Shown piece by piece: positions 1 through 14,050 of a stretch of 64,000 nt of DNA. The DNA lies in contig OX597816.1 in assembly GCA_951406725.2 (NCBI GenBank), forward strand, positions 151,280,001 to 151,344,000, in the 5' to 3' direction. The translations under genes and the position numbers were made by a program. The notes beneath the pieces were generated by a model that was not told the DNA's origin, made no database searches, and saw only the letters and a program-made list of their open reading frames with translations. The first letter of the stretch is position 1; every line of letters starts with the position of its first letter. Source of the DNA: Octopus vulgaris (lineage: Eukaryota).

Positions 1-3000
1 AACATAATTGTCTATCACATTCTATGGTATACCATTGTCTATAGCTAATTTTGGAGATACAATTTTCCATTTGCATCAAATTTTAACAATGAAGCTTATG
101 AGATTTCTTACTTCTATTTTTATACTTTAAGTGAAGGCAAATGAGTACTCTTTAGGCATCTCTAGAATCAATGATGTTAAAAGATGTTGCTCATGCTATA
201 AAATGGTCAGTGATAAGAAGAGCATCCAGCCATAAAAATCAACAAAATTAGTGCTTTTTTCTTTGCTGTTGTGTGTGTATCAAATGACAATGGACTGAGA
301 CGAGTGAGATGCTGACATGAATAAGTAAATGTGAATATAATGATGCTGATGAGTCATAACTGAACAATTGTCCTTATAAGACATGATGCTTTACAATATC
401 CATTGCTATGACACTTAACTCTTGTTGAAACAGTTGCATATCTGTAAATGACTGAGGAAGTGTAGTATTCCAAAGGATTCTATAACTAACAGATGTTTTG
501 CTGATCTTGAAGTGCAACTTCAAATCAGTTTTAGTGGGTTTTTATTCCTGGTCTGCAGGAAGGAATGTGTCTATGGCTGTCACAAGCTTTTCAAGACCAG
601 TAAGATTAACACAATAATATTCCACTTGAATAGTTTCAAATTTACATCTACACAATAAACATGTGTAGGAAGGGAAATTTCAGAAGAACCAAAGTTTTGG
701 AGAAGTGGTTATGGAGTTTGGTGGAGGAAGCAATATTAGTGACAAGAGGTACACAAGTGACTCTAGACTGCCTAAGCAGAGGTGAGACAAGACCAAACAA
801 GGACTGTTATAGTAGCAGTTGGAAAGACCAGAGTGAGGAGAGAGCATGTATGAGTTGGCTAGTTACTTATGCCAACAAGATGGGTTACCTCTTTTTGGAT
901 GTCTGTATGTGTAGCAGTACTCTATTGTGAGGCCCCAGTTGAGCTTTGTAAAGGATAAGTAGTTGTTGGGTCAGTAGAATTTTCTAGCCCTGGAGAGAAA
1001 GGCCAGTTTTGCTGTGTTGACAGTGTGAAAATGCCAGGAAAGATCTTCAGCTATGGTAAGACACAACATCTGTAGTGACCTTGATGGTTATAGTTGCATG
1101 TTGTTCATATTTAGATGTGCTGTACAACATTTTTTCAATATCTGGAGTCGGATGTGAAGTGGCTAGGTTGCATAGAGATGAGGTTGGTTGTGGAAAGTTA
1201 AGAAGGATGAGTGGCATTATCTGCATATGAGTGGACATTACTGGAGTGCAACACAACTAAAAAGACACTCTTCTGAACTCAAAGTGCTTGTCAATTATAG
1301 ATGAATGCATTTGATCAGAAAAGGTTAAGACATTGGTTGACTAACTCATTTTTGTAAGATAAATAGGAAAGGAAAAGAAAAAAACAAGATGAAGTGGTGG
1401 AGTGGATATAATTCTCTCATAGAAGACACGGAGATGGTAGAGTTAATGCATCAGACAATAGTTCAAATCACACCCAGGTCACCTTTTATTCTTTGAGGGG
1501 AGGGAGTTAACCAATAAAATAAGTACCAGTTGAATAGTGGGGCTAATACAATTGGCTATTTTCTTCTCCCAAATAAAACCAATAGGGCTGAGTATCAATG
1601 ATACTAGTGCATGGATCGATAAACCATAATCATAATTCTCTTACAGTAGCATTAAAAGGACATCAGAGAAACCACTACCTTTCTTCTCACCATCATCATG
1701 CATTTTATATTCTTTTATTCTCTTTACTGGTCTCAGTCACTGGACTATAACCATATTTGGGCACTATCTTCAAAGATTTAGTCAACCATATCAATTCTAG
1801 GACATATTTCAATTTGACACATATTTTCTTAATCATGATTTGTCAAACAATTATAAATGTAGCTAGTGCTTATGGAGCACTCTATTTGAAGTACACTTCA
1901 TCGATTCTGTTGTGCCCAAGGTTGGTTCATCCTCACTACCACACCAGGAAAAGGAAAGGGTTTTTAATGTTTTGGACGCTAGTCCTTCATCAGTAAAAAA
2001 GAAAAGAAAGGAGGAAAGGTGGTGGAAAGAAAAAGAAAAGAAAAAATGTCTAGGGGCCAGATGAGAATGCAGTTCTATGGGGGAAGAGAGGCAGAGTGTT
2101 GTGTACAAGTATAGGAGAGTATCCATGAAGAGAGATGGGCATAGGAGGTGTGTGGGTGGTTGGTAGGGGTGTAAGGAGGTGTGCAAGTGTGAGATAAGAG
2201 GTGTGGGGGTGAATAGGTGAGAATGTGATATAGGAGAGAGGAAGGCGTGGGAAAAAAATTAGAAGGTACAAGAAACTGAAGTAAACAATATAGTTGATGA
2301 GAAAAAAACAACATAAAAAAGTGCAAGGTCAGAGGGAAAAGGTACAAAGTCAATAATCAGTGTGAAAATGTAATAAAATTGAAAAGATTGTGAATAATAT
2401 CCAAAGAAAAAGAATTCAAGCATAAAAGAGCATGTAAAATAGAAAGGAATTTCTTTTTAGTGTGTACATGCATACATAGATTTGTGTATGTAAATATATA
2501 TGTATGTGTGTGTATGTACATATATATATATATATATTTATTTAGAGAGAGGAAGCTTGGTGCAGTCTTGCCAGTTCTTATCAAATAGTCCGACTCATGT
2601 CAGCATAGAAAATGGACATTAAATGATGATGATGATGACACACACGTGTATATGAGCATTTACATTATGTACTTTGAGGGATGAGTGGAATACAAAAAAA
2701 AACTTTTTTTTTTCTTGAAAAACAGGTAAGAGTTAGCAACAGGCATCTGGTGACAAAACAATTTCTCAATATGAACCCATCCAACCTATGCTAGCATGAA
2801 AACAATGGAAGTAAAATGAACAAATAGACATATGTAAGTCTAGTGATACAGATTAACCTGATTCAATGGGCCCTTGATTACACTTGGTGTTGAAGTCATA
2901 ATCTTTAGGTTCTGGGTCTCATTATCAGTTCAGGTGGTGTGTTATATTCTTGAGCAAAGGACTTCATTTCACATTGCTTCAGTTCATTTAGTTGAAAATT

Positions 3001-3389
3001 AGTACCAGTGACATTAAGCATTCCACAAATATATGTACCCTTAATCAATATGACACAGTGTATAGCAAAGCTGGTCCTTTGGGTCACAGGTACAATCCTT
3101 CCAATGGGTCCCCATGCAGTTTCTCTCTACTCAGTTTCACTCACAAGCCTTAGTTCAACCAAAGGATTAATCCAAGACTTCATAATTGCAAAGTAAAATT
3201 CTCAGCTGTGCTTTAGAGATGTATGGTTGATATCACTGACTTGCAACTCTCTTCTTCATTACTTAGAGTGAAATAAATTCTCTCATTTTACGATACAAGT
3301 CCTAGCAGCATTTAAATCTACATGTCACAGCCAAGAATCCAAAGATCTTATCATATGTGAGATGATAATGCTACTAACAATAAGGATTT

Positions 3390-4650
3390 CTGATATAGAC
3401 AAAAGCCACAAACATGCTAGAGAGGAGGAAATGACTAGTAGTTTTATTTTATTGACCACACTTAGAAGACCTGCACAGGATTTGAACTAAAAACATGGAA
3501 GGGCTTAAATATTGCAAGGTAGGTGCTATACTTAGCACCCTATCATTTCTGCCACTTCATCCTGTCCTCTTCCCTTAATAACAATAATGGTTTCTAATTT
3601 AGGCACAAGGCCAGAAATTCTGAGGGAGAGGGGGTTAGTCAATGCCACTGACCCCAGTACTTGACAAGTATTTTATTTTATGGACTCTGAAAGGGAAAAA
3701 GTCAAAAATGACGGTGGGATTTGAAGTTAGAACAAATATTTTTTTAAATGTTCCAATGCAGTGACAATTCTTCCAGTTCACAGCCTTAATAATAATAATA
3801 ATAATAATAATAACAATAATAATAATAATTTTTACATGCCAGCCCACATAAAAAGCATCCCATACACTTTGTAAAGTGATTGTGTTAGGAAGGGCATACA
3901 GCCATAGAAGCCAAGCCAAATCAGACTGGAACCTGGTGCAGCTTTCCATCTTGTTTGTCAGCTCTGGTCAAACCTTCCAACCATGCCAGCATGGAAAACA
4001 GACATTAAATGACTATGATGATGATTATAATAATTCTTAGAAATTTTAGCATAAGGCCAGCAATTTTTAAGGGTAGAGGGTTAGTTGATTACATTAACCT
4101 CAGCACTTGACTGATACTTTATTTCATCAATGTCGGAAGATGAAAAGCATAGTTGACCTTAGTGGAATTTGAACTCAGAATATAAAGAGCCAGAAGTAAT
4201 GCTGCTAAGCAGTTTATGCATCTCACTAACAATTCTGCCAATAAATAATAATAATAATAATAATAATAATCTTTTCTACTAAAGGCACAAGGCCTGAAAT
4301 TTTGGGGGAGGAGACTAATCGATTACCTCACCCCCAGTGTTTTAGTGGTACTTAATTTATCCCAAAAGGATGAAAGGCAAAGTCGACCTTGGCAGAATGT
4401 GGACTCAAAACGTGAAGACAGACAAAAGTATTTTTCCCAGCATGCTAATGATTCTGCCAGCTCAACGCCTTGTTAATAATAAAAATAATTGGTAACAGGT
4501 TCACAAACTGTGAGTATATAATCAATTATAAAACCCGGTCTGACTATACTATTTCATTTACTCTGAGAGAATTGAAGGTAATATCAACCCAGGCAGGAAT
4601 TGAACTTAGAATGTAAAAGGCTATAACTAGTATGGGAGAGCAGTTTATCC
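3390..4650 (-). mobile_element. Cluster of about 5 same-orientation tRNA-derived SINE copies separated by (AAT)n
   Basis: Recurring ggcacaaggcc...aaaggatgaaaggcaaagtcgacct...gaatttgaactcagaa, the reverse complement of the SINE at 56030-56240. Confidence 0.75.
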
Positions 4651-6649
4651 AGTAAAGTAGATTAATTGTATCCAGGATATTGTGAAGTATAATGGCTTTG
4701 AATAATGTGCAGTGACAGTAAATTTAAGATCCTGAATTACTGACCTTGTAGTCATGGTAACAAACATTACTACATATATATTGTCTGGTAGCCCAGAGTT
4801 AACATCTTCCATTTCTATTTCATAATCAAGTGATTAGTAGTGCCATGATCAACACCCAATTATAAAAACAAAATCAACCCAAATGTCTAAATTTTCATAA
4901 ACAATGCTAGCATACAAAAATGGATCTATAATTGTAAAAAGACTGCTTTCCAATTCTTATCAGACATCAGCAGGTAGAAAAATTTGTATAGTTTATGTTT
5001 AAGTTGTAATAACAAATCACTGTTCCAAATATGTCAAATGGAAATAGATATGGAGGATATAAATGTAGTTTGATGAGAGCAAATTGACAATAGTAGTAAT
5101 CTCTCTCAGTTTTCACTTTATTTCAGATAAGAGAGTAGTTATCATCAATTAGGAAGAAATTTAGTCATCATAGTTAATTAACTTGTAGGCAGGCAATTGG
5201 CTTGTAGCCACTCCTATCCTAAGCTATGGTTGAAATTCAATAAATGAAGATTGGAAAATGTAGATCAGATTGCCAACAAGCGTAAATTATGAGTTAAAAA
5301 TAAAATACAAATAAGGAAACTGAATATACCCTTGGGTACGGCATTCATGTCCTATTATATGATTCATGCATACAGACAAGATATATAAACACAATGCATT
5401 TCTGGCAAAAGACTGACAGGAGGACACATCTCTTTTGTTTTATTAACTGTCCCTTTCAGTCCCTTGGTAAAATGTCTCCTTTTTGCCTGTATCTATGTTA
5501 AGCAAAAATGAAATTGTATGGCTTAGTGCTTAGCATGTTGGATTGATGATCATAAGGTTGTGGGTTTGATCACCAAATGAGAAAGCAAGTTGTTTCCTTG
5601 GACACAGCATTATATTTCCTGTGGCTCCAGTCCATTTAGCTGAAAATGAGTTGTCAGCTGCAATGTAGCCACCTTACAGACTATTAACCCAAAATCTGGC
5701 AAATGCAAGATGTCTTGGCTATGGAATACTGGATAATGATGATATAAGTGAATAGCATTTTAGCTTTGAATTAAGCAAACAAGAAACCAGGAACATAGCT
5801 ACAAGGCCAAACCATAATTATTAAATGATGATGACGATTTCCAATCTATCATATTTATATTGCTTGTCACATGCAACCTTCTTGCTTCTTGCTTCATGTT
5901 CTAGCTTGGTGGGGCTGGGGTAATCCCAGAAATATCATCATGCAAAGGGCTGACCAGGTCCATTAATTACATGCCAAGGGTAGAACTCCAAAATACTTTA
6001 AATGTTATCCAATAACATCAGAATGATTCCTGCTGTTTATTCAGCATCATACCAGTCATTATAGAATGAGGAGTATCCCTATGTGTGCTATGAATCTATT
6101 ACATCAATACTGCTGTTGATAGAGCATATTTTATTTCATGGAAGTGTATACAGTAGTAATGACTATAGATACACAAGAAAATCATCATCATCATTTAATG
6201 TCCATTTTCCATGCTGGCATGGGTGGACAGCTTGACAGGAGCTGGCAAGGCCAGGGGCCACACCAGGTTCCATTGTCTGCTTTGGCATGATTTCCCCAGC
6301 TGGATGCCCTTCCTAATGCCAGCCACAGCACAGAGTGCACTGGTGATGGTGGTAAATAGAATTGTATCATAAATACAAATGTATGCATCTATAATATTGT
6401 ATATATAATAGTATTTATGTTATTTACATAGCTTAAAGTGTACAATCCACTCCTGTAGAAATATATACATACACATATATATATATGTATATATATATAC
6501 ACACACACATATATATATATAAGTCCCACCCATGCCAGCATAGAAGGCAGATGTTAAATGATGATGATGATATATATCATCATTATCATAGTTCATAATT
6601 TTGTATCTGGCATAGGATGAATGAATCATATCACTTATTGTGTTTTCAG

Positions 6650-6806
6650 TCACCTGTCACACAAGAATATAGACAACTGGTTAATTTTGGCCTTGTGTAG
6701 TCTTACAGTGTGGACTGGATGTAATTTATTGAGATGGACTATCTCCTGCAGAAGAACTAGAATTTCCTCTACTTTGGATCAGTTCTTATTCAGAGTTCAT
6801 GGATAA
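6650..6806 (+). CDS. Candidate terminal coding exon of an upstream gene (hydrophobic segment)
   Basis: Acceptor tgtgttttcag|T then HLSHKNIDNWLILALCSLTVWTGCNLLRW...VHG*. Followed by long TE-poor sequence resembling a 3'UTR. Phase-compatible with a possible exon at 559-599. No homology recognised. Confidence 0.25.
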
Positions 6807-8444
6807 CTCGAAATGTGGTGTTTGGAGTCCACATCTTAGTTATAGTGTTCCATGATTTTCAAATTCAAAATTAGCAATACCTGATATAAAGTTATCAACA
6901 AATGGATTAGTTCGGGTAAAGTTAAAGATCTTGTCTTTTATCCTTGAAAATATGATATTACTTATCCTTGTTGGAAATAAGTTAAAAATTTATGCTATCT
7001 AATGTTATAAAATACAGACAAATATCTTTTGGATTAAATCATAATTATTTTAATGAAGAAAATTGAGCTCTCTTAGTTTCTTGTCAATGCAAATTTCTCA
7101 AATTAAACTAAAAGTAGCTTTACCAAAATTTCTTAAATAACAAGTTGCTTACTTATTACTATTGAGCAATAAGTACAGTTTAGGTCTTCTCAAGATTATA
7201 ATCAGTCTGACCAGTGATGTATTTCTTGCCTGTTTATTAAAATACATTTAATTACTTCTTTGCTGTTAATTTATAAGGTTTCCAACCATTAACTCAAGCA
7301 TATGTAAATTTTAGTTATCTTCAACATTACGCATTTGATTCAAGTTTAAGTTGAAAGTTTCAGTTGCAATTTTTCATTGAATTCTGTAAGACTGAAATAA
7401 GCCCTAACATACAATATAATTAGTTTAGTCTGTGTGACTAATTACAAGGTGTAAGCAAGGTTTTCTTTAATTTTTAGTTGTCACTATGTTTTTTTCTTGT
7501 GACAAAAACAGGCGTGCACTGAATACTTGTGCAAATATAAACTTGAAATAAATATTAATTACTACTTCATTTTAGGCAACTAACCTTTTTGTGCACATTA
7601 ATTCCTTTCATACACCAGTTGCAAAATATGTGTGCATGCATGTGCATAATTTAAAGGGATCAATGGTTGTAAGTATTTATGAGGTAATAATATCTACACT
7701 GTAGAGGTCTAGATAAATATCTTCATTCTAGAAATGTTCACCTTTAATCTCAATGGTTTAATTTTTTTTCTCTCATTCATAAAATGATTCTGGGTTGAAA
7801 TTCAGATTGCAACCAGGAGTATATTCTGAAGTTAAAACTCTATTGATACAAGACACAGAGGAAAAGGATGAGAAAGGAGTTTTTGATGGACACCTACTTG
7901 AGTTTCAAATTGCAAACAATCATTTATATTCACTCATGTCATCTCAACATTTGTTTCTCACAGAATATGATATTTATAGAATGTTAATTCAGACTAAAAA
8001 ATATATAATTCTCTGTAAGAAGTACACCCACAATATTTGCTTTTTATGTTGAAATACATTGTATGTAAGCTAGATATTAGATTTGTATTAGCATTATTAC
8101 AATAATAATAATTGATTGTTCATTAGTGAAACAATACTGAAATACAGTTTGTTAATAAACAAATGTTAAATTATTTATTTACTATGTATTGAAACGATGT
8201 TTACGATATATTTTCTGCACAAGCAGAAAGTTTTTAGGAAGTGAAATTTATACTTCAGGCATAATTATTGATCAAACTATTTAATTTCTCTCATGTCTAC
8301 AATGTTTAACTGAATTGAAATAGCTTAAAATGGGATGTGCTCAACCAGGTTTTTAAACAATCATAAAGGTTTAGGTTTAAGGTATTTTATCAATTATTAT
8401 TTTAATATTTTTCTACCACACTTGACTTTTAAGTAAACTAGTAT

Positions 8445-8476
<32 letters not shown>

Positions 8477-10568
8477 TACACACATTTATATATATATATA
8501 CACACACAAACATACACACATATATATTGAGATTAAAATATTTTTACAGATTGTCTTATGCTGGTATGGAATTTTGTTGACAATTTACTTTATGTCTGAC
8601 ACTGAATATTAACATGAGGCTAATTCCTGCAATAGGCTCTTAGTTGAATTAGCATGTCTGAAATGACTAAAAAGATGCTGTATTACAGCTCCACCCAATC
8701 TATGTTAGAATGTAAGTAAATATTAAATCACACTGTGATAATTTTGCCATCTATGAATTGAAAATGAATAAAGTACCAAATTGTTGAATTTCTTATTCTA
8801 AGTTTTATATTTGTTGCATGTTTTGTTATATTCTCTTATCTACATGTATTTTATGCTTTGTGTCAAATTAAGAAAAATATCACTTTCAGAGCTAACATGG
8901 ATAAAAAAAATACTTAAGTGACCCTACTCATCTACACTGAGGAAGTTCTGGAACCAACCTGCCAGCTGCAATCTTTCCCTTACAAATCAAAATTCTAGTA
9001 AACTTCATAAAATCAATTCTAAATAGGTACCATGAAAAGATGTAGCTGGTTGCTTGCTATAAGCAAAACTTATACTCTCCAATTGAATCTTTCATCAACT
9101 TGCAATACTAAGTTCAATTACTTTCATGTGCTTGCATTGGCCAAGGTAAGATCATTTTAAGAAATCCATGGTCAATCATAATTCTTCCACTATACTAACA
9201 TGGATTGGATACTTATTTCTGTGCACATATTGAATTTCGTATCTTTTCTACATACTTCTTCTTGGTCTTATTTCAGAACTTAAATCAGAAAAATTGAATT
9301 ATTTTGTGGACCTTAAGTGACTTTCCATCCTCAATTTACACCACATTTCATCTTCCTGCATCCAGAACTTCTCTATTTTCAACAAGTCTTCCAAATAATA
9401 ACTTTTAGTTCATGGTTTACCTATTCTTCTGGTTACATGTCAGAAATTCCATTACACCATTTCTGTATCCAGAAGGACTATGTTCATTTTAGTCTTTGAA
9501 GAAAAGCCCAAGATTAGCATGGAAACATTAAAAGTTTGGGGGTGAATAAAAAGCATGAAGCCTACCATGACAAGACTAAATGAATGCTAGGATTATTTAT
9601 TCTCCTCTAAATACTTCTTTCCATATTCCAGGTACAAACCTAAACTTGTATTCCATTCCATGCAAAGATTTTATGTATGAATTTTACTCTCTGCTAAATG
9701 ATTAGAAACTATTCCAGTTCGTTTGTGCACTATTGAAATAATTAACAATTTCACAAAATTATTACAAGCTCTCTATAAATTGATATTAATTTTTTTTTAA
9801 GTGACACAAGGACTTAGTAAATGCTCAAACTCTTTCTGTAATTTCAAAGCATATTTAGAGAAAAGGGATGTGTCCTAAAGATTCCAGTACTTTTCAAACA
9901 ATAATAAAAACAATAACCCTACATGGTTAAACTAACGTAGTCCATTTTGCGTAAGATATACGTAGAATTTGAATGTTTGATGTATATTGACATGATCACT
10001 TTATATTATTTTTTACTGAAATAAAAATTAAGTACAGAACAAGTTCATACCTTGCAACTTTTATACATTGCTCACACAGCTAACATACAATGAATAACAT
10101 TGTAAACCTCAAAACGCAGTAGGGCTTAAAAAACGTTTAGAATACAATTTTAAAATAATTTTCCCTTTTCTTTATTAAAAATTCATTTTAAAAAAAAATA
10201 TTGGGAGATATATGTATATAAAGGCATAGAATTGCATTTAAACAAATTTCGATATAAAGTTATGGGAATTTAATTACATGTATATCTAATTAGTAAATGC
10301 CTTTACATTATTGCAATAGTTTGGCTGCATTTTTGTGGTGGTCTTCTGGTCTGATTTTATAATAGGAAAATCCACAATTGTTTTAAAACAAAAATGAAAG
10401 AACAAGTTCACCATTCATTGTCATGGGGTTGAAACTTTCACTCGACCCTCCCCTTAACTGGAAGAAATCTAAGGCACATGTGAATAATGTGAGAAAATCT
10501 ATAAACAGACTTTCTTTTGATTATTTGATAAACACAGATGGTGCAAATTTAAAAACGTAAGTGTTCAT

Positions 10569-10607
<39 letters not shown>

Positions 10608-11108
10608 CATACATACATACGTGTGCGTGTGTCAAATCAATTTTTTTTTCTCCTTTTAACTAATAGAAGCCCATATATTCAAAAGTAAAAATTATTTCTT
10701 ACTCTTCCACATCCTGCCATAGTTGAAAATTTCCCAAGATCGATTCCGACCCATGCGTCCATTAAATCACAGATTAAGAAGTTTTGCACAGATGCTATTT
10801 CAGTAATGGAAGCAATATTCCTTTCTTCATCACACAACAAATTAGTTTTGTTCTTGGTTATTTGAAGTTGTTATCGTTTTCGTTAACTTGGTATAGTAAG
10901 TAGAGGCATAACATGCTTGGATGTGTGCGCTCATTTGAATTTCAGCGTGCGTGCATCTTATGAACTTCGTGTGTACATGTTTAAAATTTGTCGATTCTTA
11001 AAATGATTTCGTAATAATATTACCAACACGGGTCAACATTTGGAAATCTTTCATCACAAACTTAGTAAACGAAAAAGTTTGGTGTTTTGCCTTTCGTTTT
11101 CATCTTTG

Positions 11109-11501
11109 TCATTGTAGATCGTCCTTCTCAGAGACCTGTTCTTGTTGTTCCTGTACTTTTTGTAGTTTGGAGAGAAGAACATCGCCAAAAGAATTTCGGT
11201 ACTCGGGACTGACGTTGTCCAAGAGGCTGTAGATGGTCTCAAAATATTTGCCATTACTGACATTATCAAGGCTATCGAAATCATGACCGACTATTTGAAA
11301 ACCTTCTGTAGAAAGTTGTACGCAATACTTTTGGTTTTCTTTCGTGCGTAGATTGAGATAGATCAAGTTATCGGCCGAGGGAAGGACATCTGAAAGCTGC
11401 ACACATTTCACAGCATAAGCGATTTCATTTACAACCGACTCTGCCTCAATTTTTAGAGTATATTCCTCGTCGTCGCACAGAGTGGAATCGGTGTCTGCCA
11501 T
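11109..11501 (-). CDS. GSKIP: GSK3-beta interaction protein (GSKIP/DUF727), single coding exon, 130 aa
   Basis: ORF contains EAESVVNEIAYAV, IYLNLRTKENQKYCVQLSTEGFQIVG and YFETIYSLLDNVSPEYRNSFGDVLLSKL, which match my recollection of the GSKIP family; ATG to stop is intact. Confidence 0.93.
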   Translation of the reverse strand: MADTDSTLCDDEEYTLKIEAESVVNEIAYAVKCVQLSDVLPSADNLIYLNLRTKENQKYCVQLSTEGFQIVGHDFDSLDNVSNGKYFETIYSLLDNVSPEYRNSFGDVLLSKLQKVQEQQEQVSEKDDLQ

Positions 11502-11851
11502 TGTAACAGATAAGATTGTTTTGGCGTTTTAGAAATTGATAGAGATTCTTTTGAGTTAATTTCGTTTAGTTTAGTAAAATCACAGACTGGTTAAAAACTT
11601 TGGAAAAGTGTTTGTCGAGTCAATAAAATCTCCAAGATCACAGAATTTAAAACTTTTTTAAGGAATTATATGACATAAAAAATTAGATATGCTAAGAAAG
11701 TTAATAAAAGTATGAGACAGCCTCAACTCAAACGAATTTTTTTCTGTCTGACTCAATGAATGTGTGACGTCATGTTTACATTTCTTACCCTCTTCCTGGC
11801 GGTATTATCTATCACTACCACCATTCTGGAGGACAGTGGAAATTCCTCGCG
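11502..11851. promoter_or_regulatory. Putative bidirectional promoter between GSKIP and the THAP gene
   Basis: 350 bp between divergent ATGs. AP-1 site TGACTCA at 11749-11755, CRE palindrome TGACGTCA at 11765-11772 and forkhead-type TGTTTAC at 11774-11780. CpG is locally retained. Confidence 0.6.
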
Positions 11852-12071
11852 ATGGTTAACTTTTGTGCTGTTAACGGCTGTTCAAGTCGTGCAGATCGCG
11901 ATAGAGCTAACTCATTTTACCGTTTGCCAGCCATTATCACTAACCAAGGAGAAGAAACTAGAGAAAGATCGCGAAAACGTCGCGAACAATGGATAGCTAA
12001 TATTAATCGACCAGATTTAAAAGAGACCAGTTATGCATATGTCCGGGTGTGCTCAGATCATTTCATATCCG
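11852..12071 (+). CDS. THAP zinc-finger protein, coding exon 1
   Basis: MVNFCAVNGC...FYRLP...RREQWIANINR...RVCSDHFIS carries the C2CH THAP signature. Ends at donor G|GTAAGA (intron starts 12072, phase 1). Confidence 0.9.
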
Positions 12072-13369
12072 GTAAGATGGAATCATAATTATGCAATACT
12101 CAATACTCTGTTGTTGTTATTGTTTCAATCGTTATCTTCCAAAACGAATTCTTTGTTTTTATCAGTAGTCGTGGAGGGAGAAATCAACGAGAGTCAGACA
12201 TGTTGGATTCCCATATTATTGTGGTAGTTTTGTATAAATTCTAGCTTGAAACAGTTTATATCCACTGTGACGTTCTGCTTGGAATAAGGATTATAATTGT
12301 TTATAAAATTCGGTTCTAAATGATTAGTAAAGAAAAGTTGTCAACTCACGAAAAGAACCGGCTCTTTCAGTTATGCCTCCATTCCTCCACCGTATACTAT
12401 TAGCTCTGACAGTGCCTCGCTGACAACATCGTAAGCATGTGTATGTCGACCTATTTCATGGAATGTATTAACCTCATAACAGAATTTGTTCGATGCTGCC
12501 TCAGAATATTTATTTTATCGAGTTGGTAGTAACAACAACTGTTATTATAGCTGTTATATCAAAATACATAGAACTGAACAAATATTAACTATTCAATGAA
12601 CATGTTTTAACTAGCAGAGCTATAAAAATTGCGATTCCATTGATAAAATATTGTTGTTATGAACATGCTTGTTACCTTAGTAATTAATTCGGTGTGAATT
12701 GTGTATATTTTCGTTAAATATTCAGTATGATCATTATCTTTTCCTTGATTAGATTTAAATAATTCCACGACTTAGGTAAATGTCAGTTCTTAACTCAGAA
12801 TATGTTAACATTAGCACGTTGTTTATATATTATATAATAGTCTTTTATTTCTTCGATTGTTCTTCTAGCTCTGATAATTGATGTAAATATTCTGTAGAAC
12901 CAACTGAGTGCCAAGGTAATCAGAAATGGTCGGTCACTTCACGTATTCCATTGTTTGCCTCTCTGAGATACAATGGTAAACATAGTGGGAGCAGCAGAAC
13001 ACGCTGCCACTTGTCTCGATATTCTTGTCATGCGATATCATGTAATTCGTTTGAAGTTAGTTGGTGTTGTATATAATATAAAGATTATATATATATTTGT
13101 GTGTGTGTGTGTGTATGTATATAAAACAAGAAGATAAAGAGAAAGATAAAGAATTTTTTTATAACAGATAGCACTACACAGAAAGTTTTTAAAATATACA
13201 CAAAAAACAGGTCGTGATTAATTCATAAAATATAAACACAGAAGTCAACGTACGGGAATAAATAACAACACTAGCTTTGTTGTATAATGCGATAAGCATT
13301 TATTTGTTTACAAACAAACATTCATGATTCTTTAAGATCTATACTTGTTTAATCTTATGTCAGCACTGA

Positions 13370-14050
13370 TTACACAGACCTCAGATCAAAGTATTCCATC
13401 CATGGCTATTCTGTCTTTTTAGAGGTGTGTGTTATAAATGACTACATTGTCGAAAGTATCCAAATATCCTTGTTTTAAGACAGTGATGTATTATTTGAGG
13501 AGATTTGCTATTTCTAGCAGGGTAAGCAACCATATAGATACTTCCTCGACGGTCCGATATATAGGAGTTGTCGTTTAGCCACTGGATGGCCCTTATCAAA
13601 CAATCCTGTGATTAAAGACATTCCAGTCGTGACTATCCCACCTTTTCCCTATATACGGGGAACCTAAGACCATATCCAAAGTGTCATTTTGTAAGACAAT
13701 AGTGTATGATTTGAGGGGAGTTTGGCTACTATTTCCACCGCTTTGAACGATCGCTTAGAGGCTCCTTCGTTGACTCGACTCGATTTACAGTTATTGTTGT
13801 CGGTATCTTTGATGAACAGGGGGACAAAAAGACACACCTTTTTGTTGCACCTATACTTTTTTTTTATAGTTTTTCATACTGTAGTAGTTCTTTATTAACC
13901 ATGATCGAACAGACCCATTACCAGAAGGATTTCATCCATAATTACCCCGACTTTATTGGGGTACTTGAGACTACGTTAGGACTGTAAGGTGTGATTTTGT
14001 TTCTATTTCTAGCAGATCAAAGTCAAAGGACCACCCAGGCATCTATGTTG
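13370..14050 (+). repeat. Three degenerate tandem copies of a ~200 bp dispersed repeat
   Basis: Recurring ..attccagccatgact..gtgtgatttgagggagatttggct(g)ctatttctagcagg motif. A related reversed copy occurs near 54020-54070. Confidence 0.5.

Noticed and set aside
1863-2584. Overlapping minus-strand ORFs
   Set aside because: Purine-rich low-complexity and microsatellite sequence.
7795-8052. 85-aa ORF
   Set aside because: Non-ATG start, no clear splice signals or recognisable motif; probably UTR or intergenic.
11760-11996. Hydrophobic 78-aa ORF, and the 11054-11284 ORF
   Set aside because: Alternative frames overlapping the THAP and GSKIP coding sequences.
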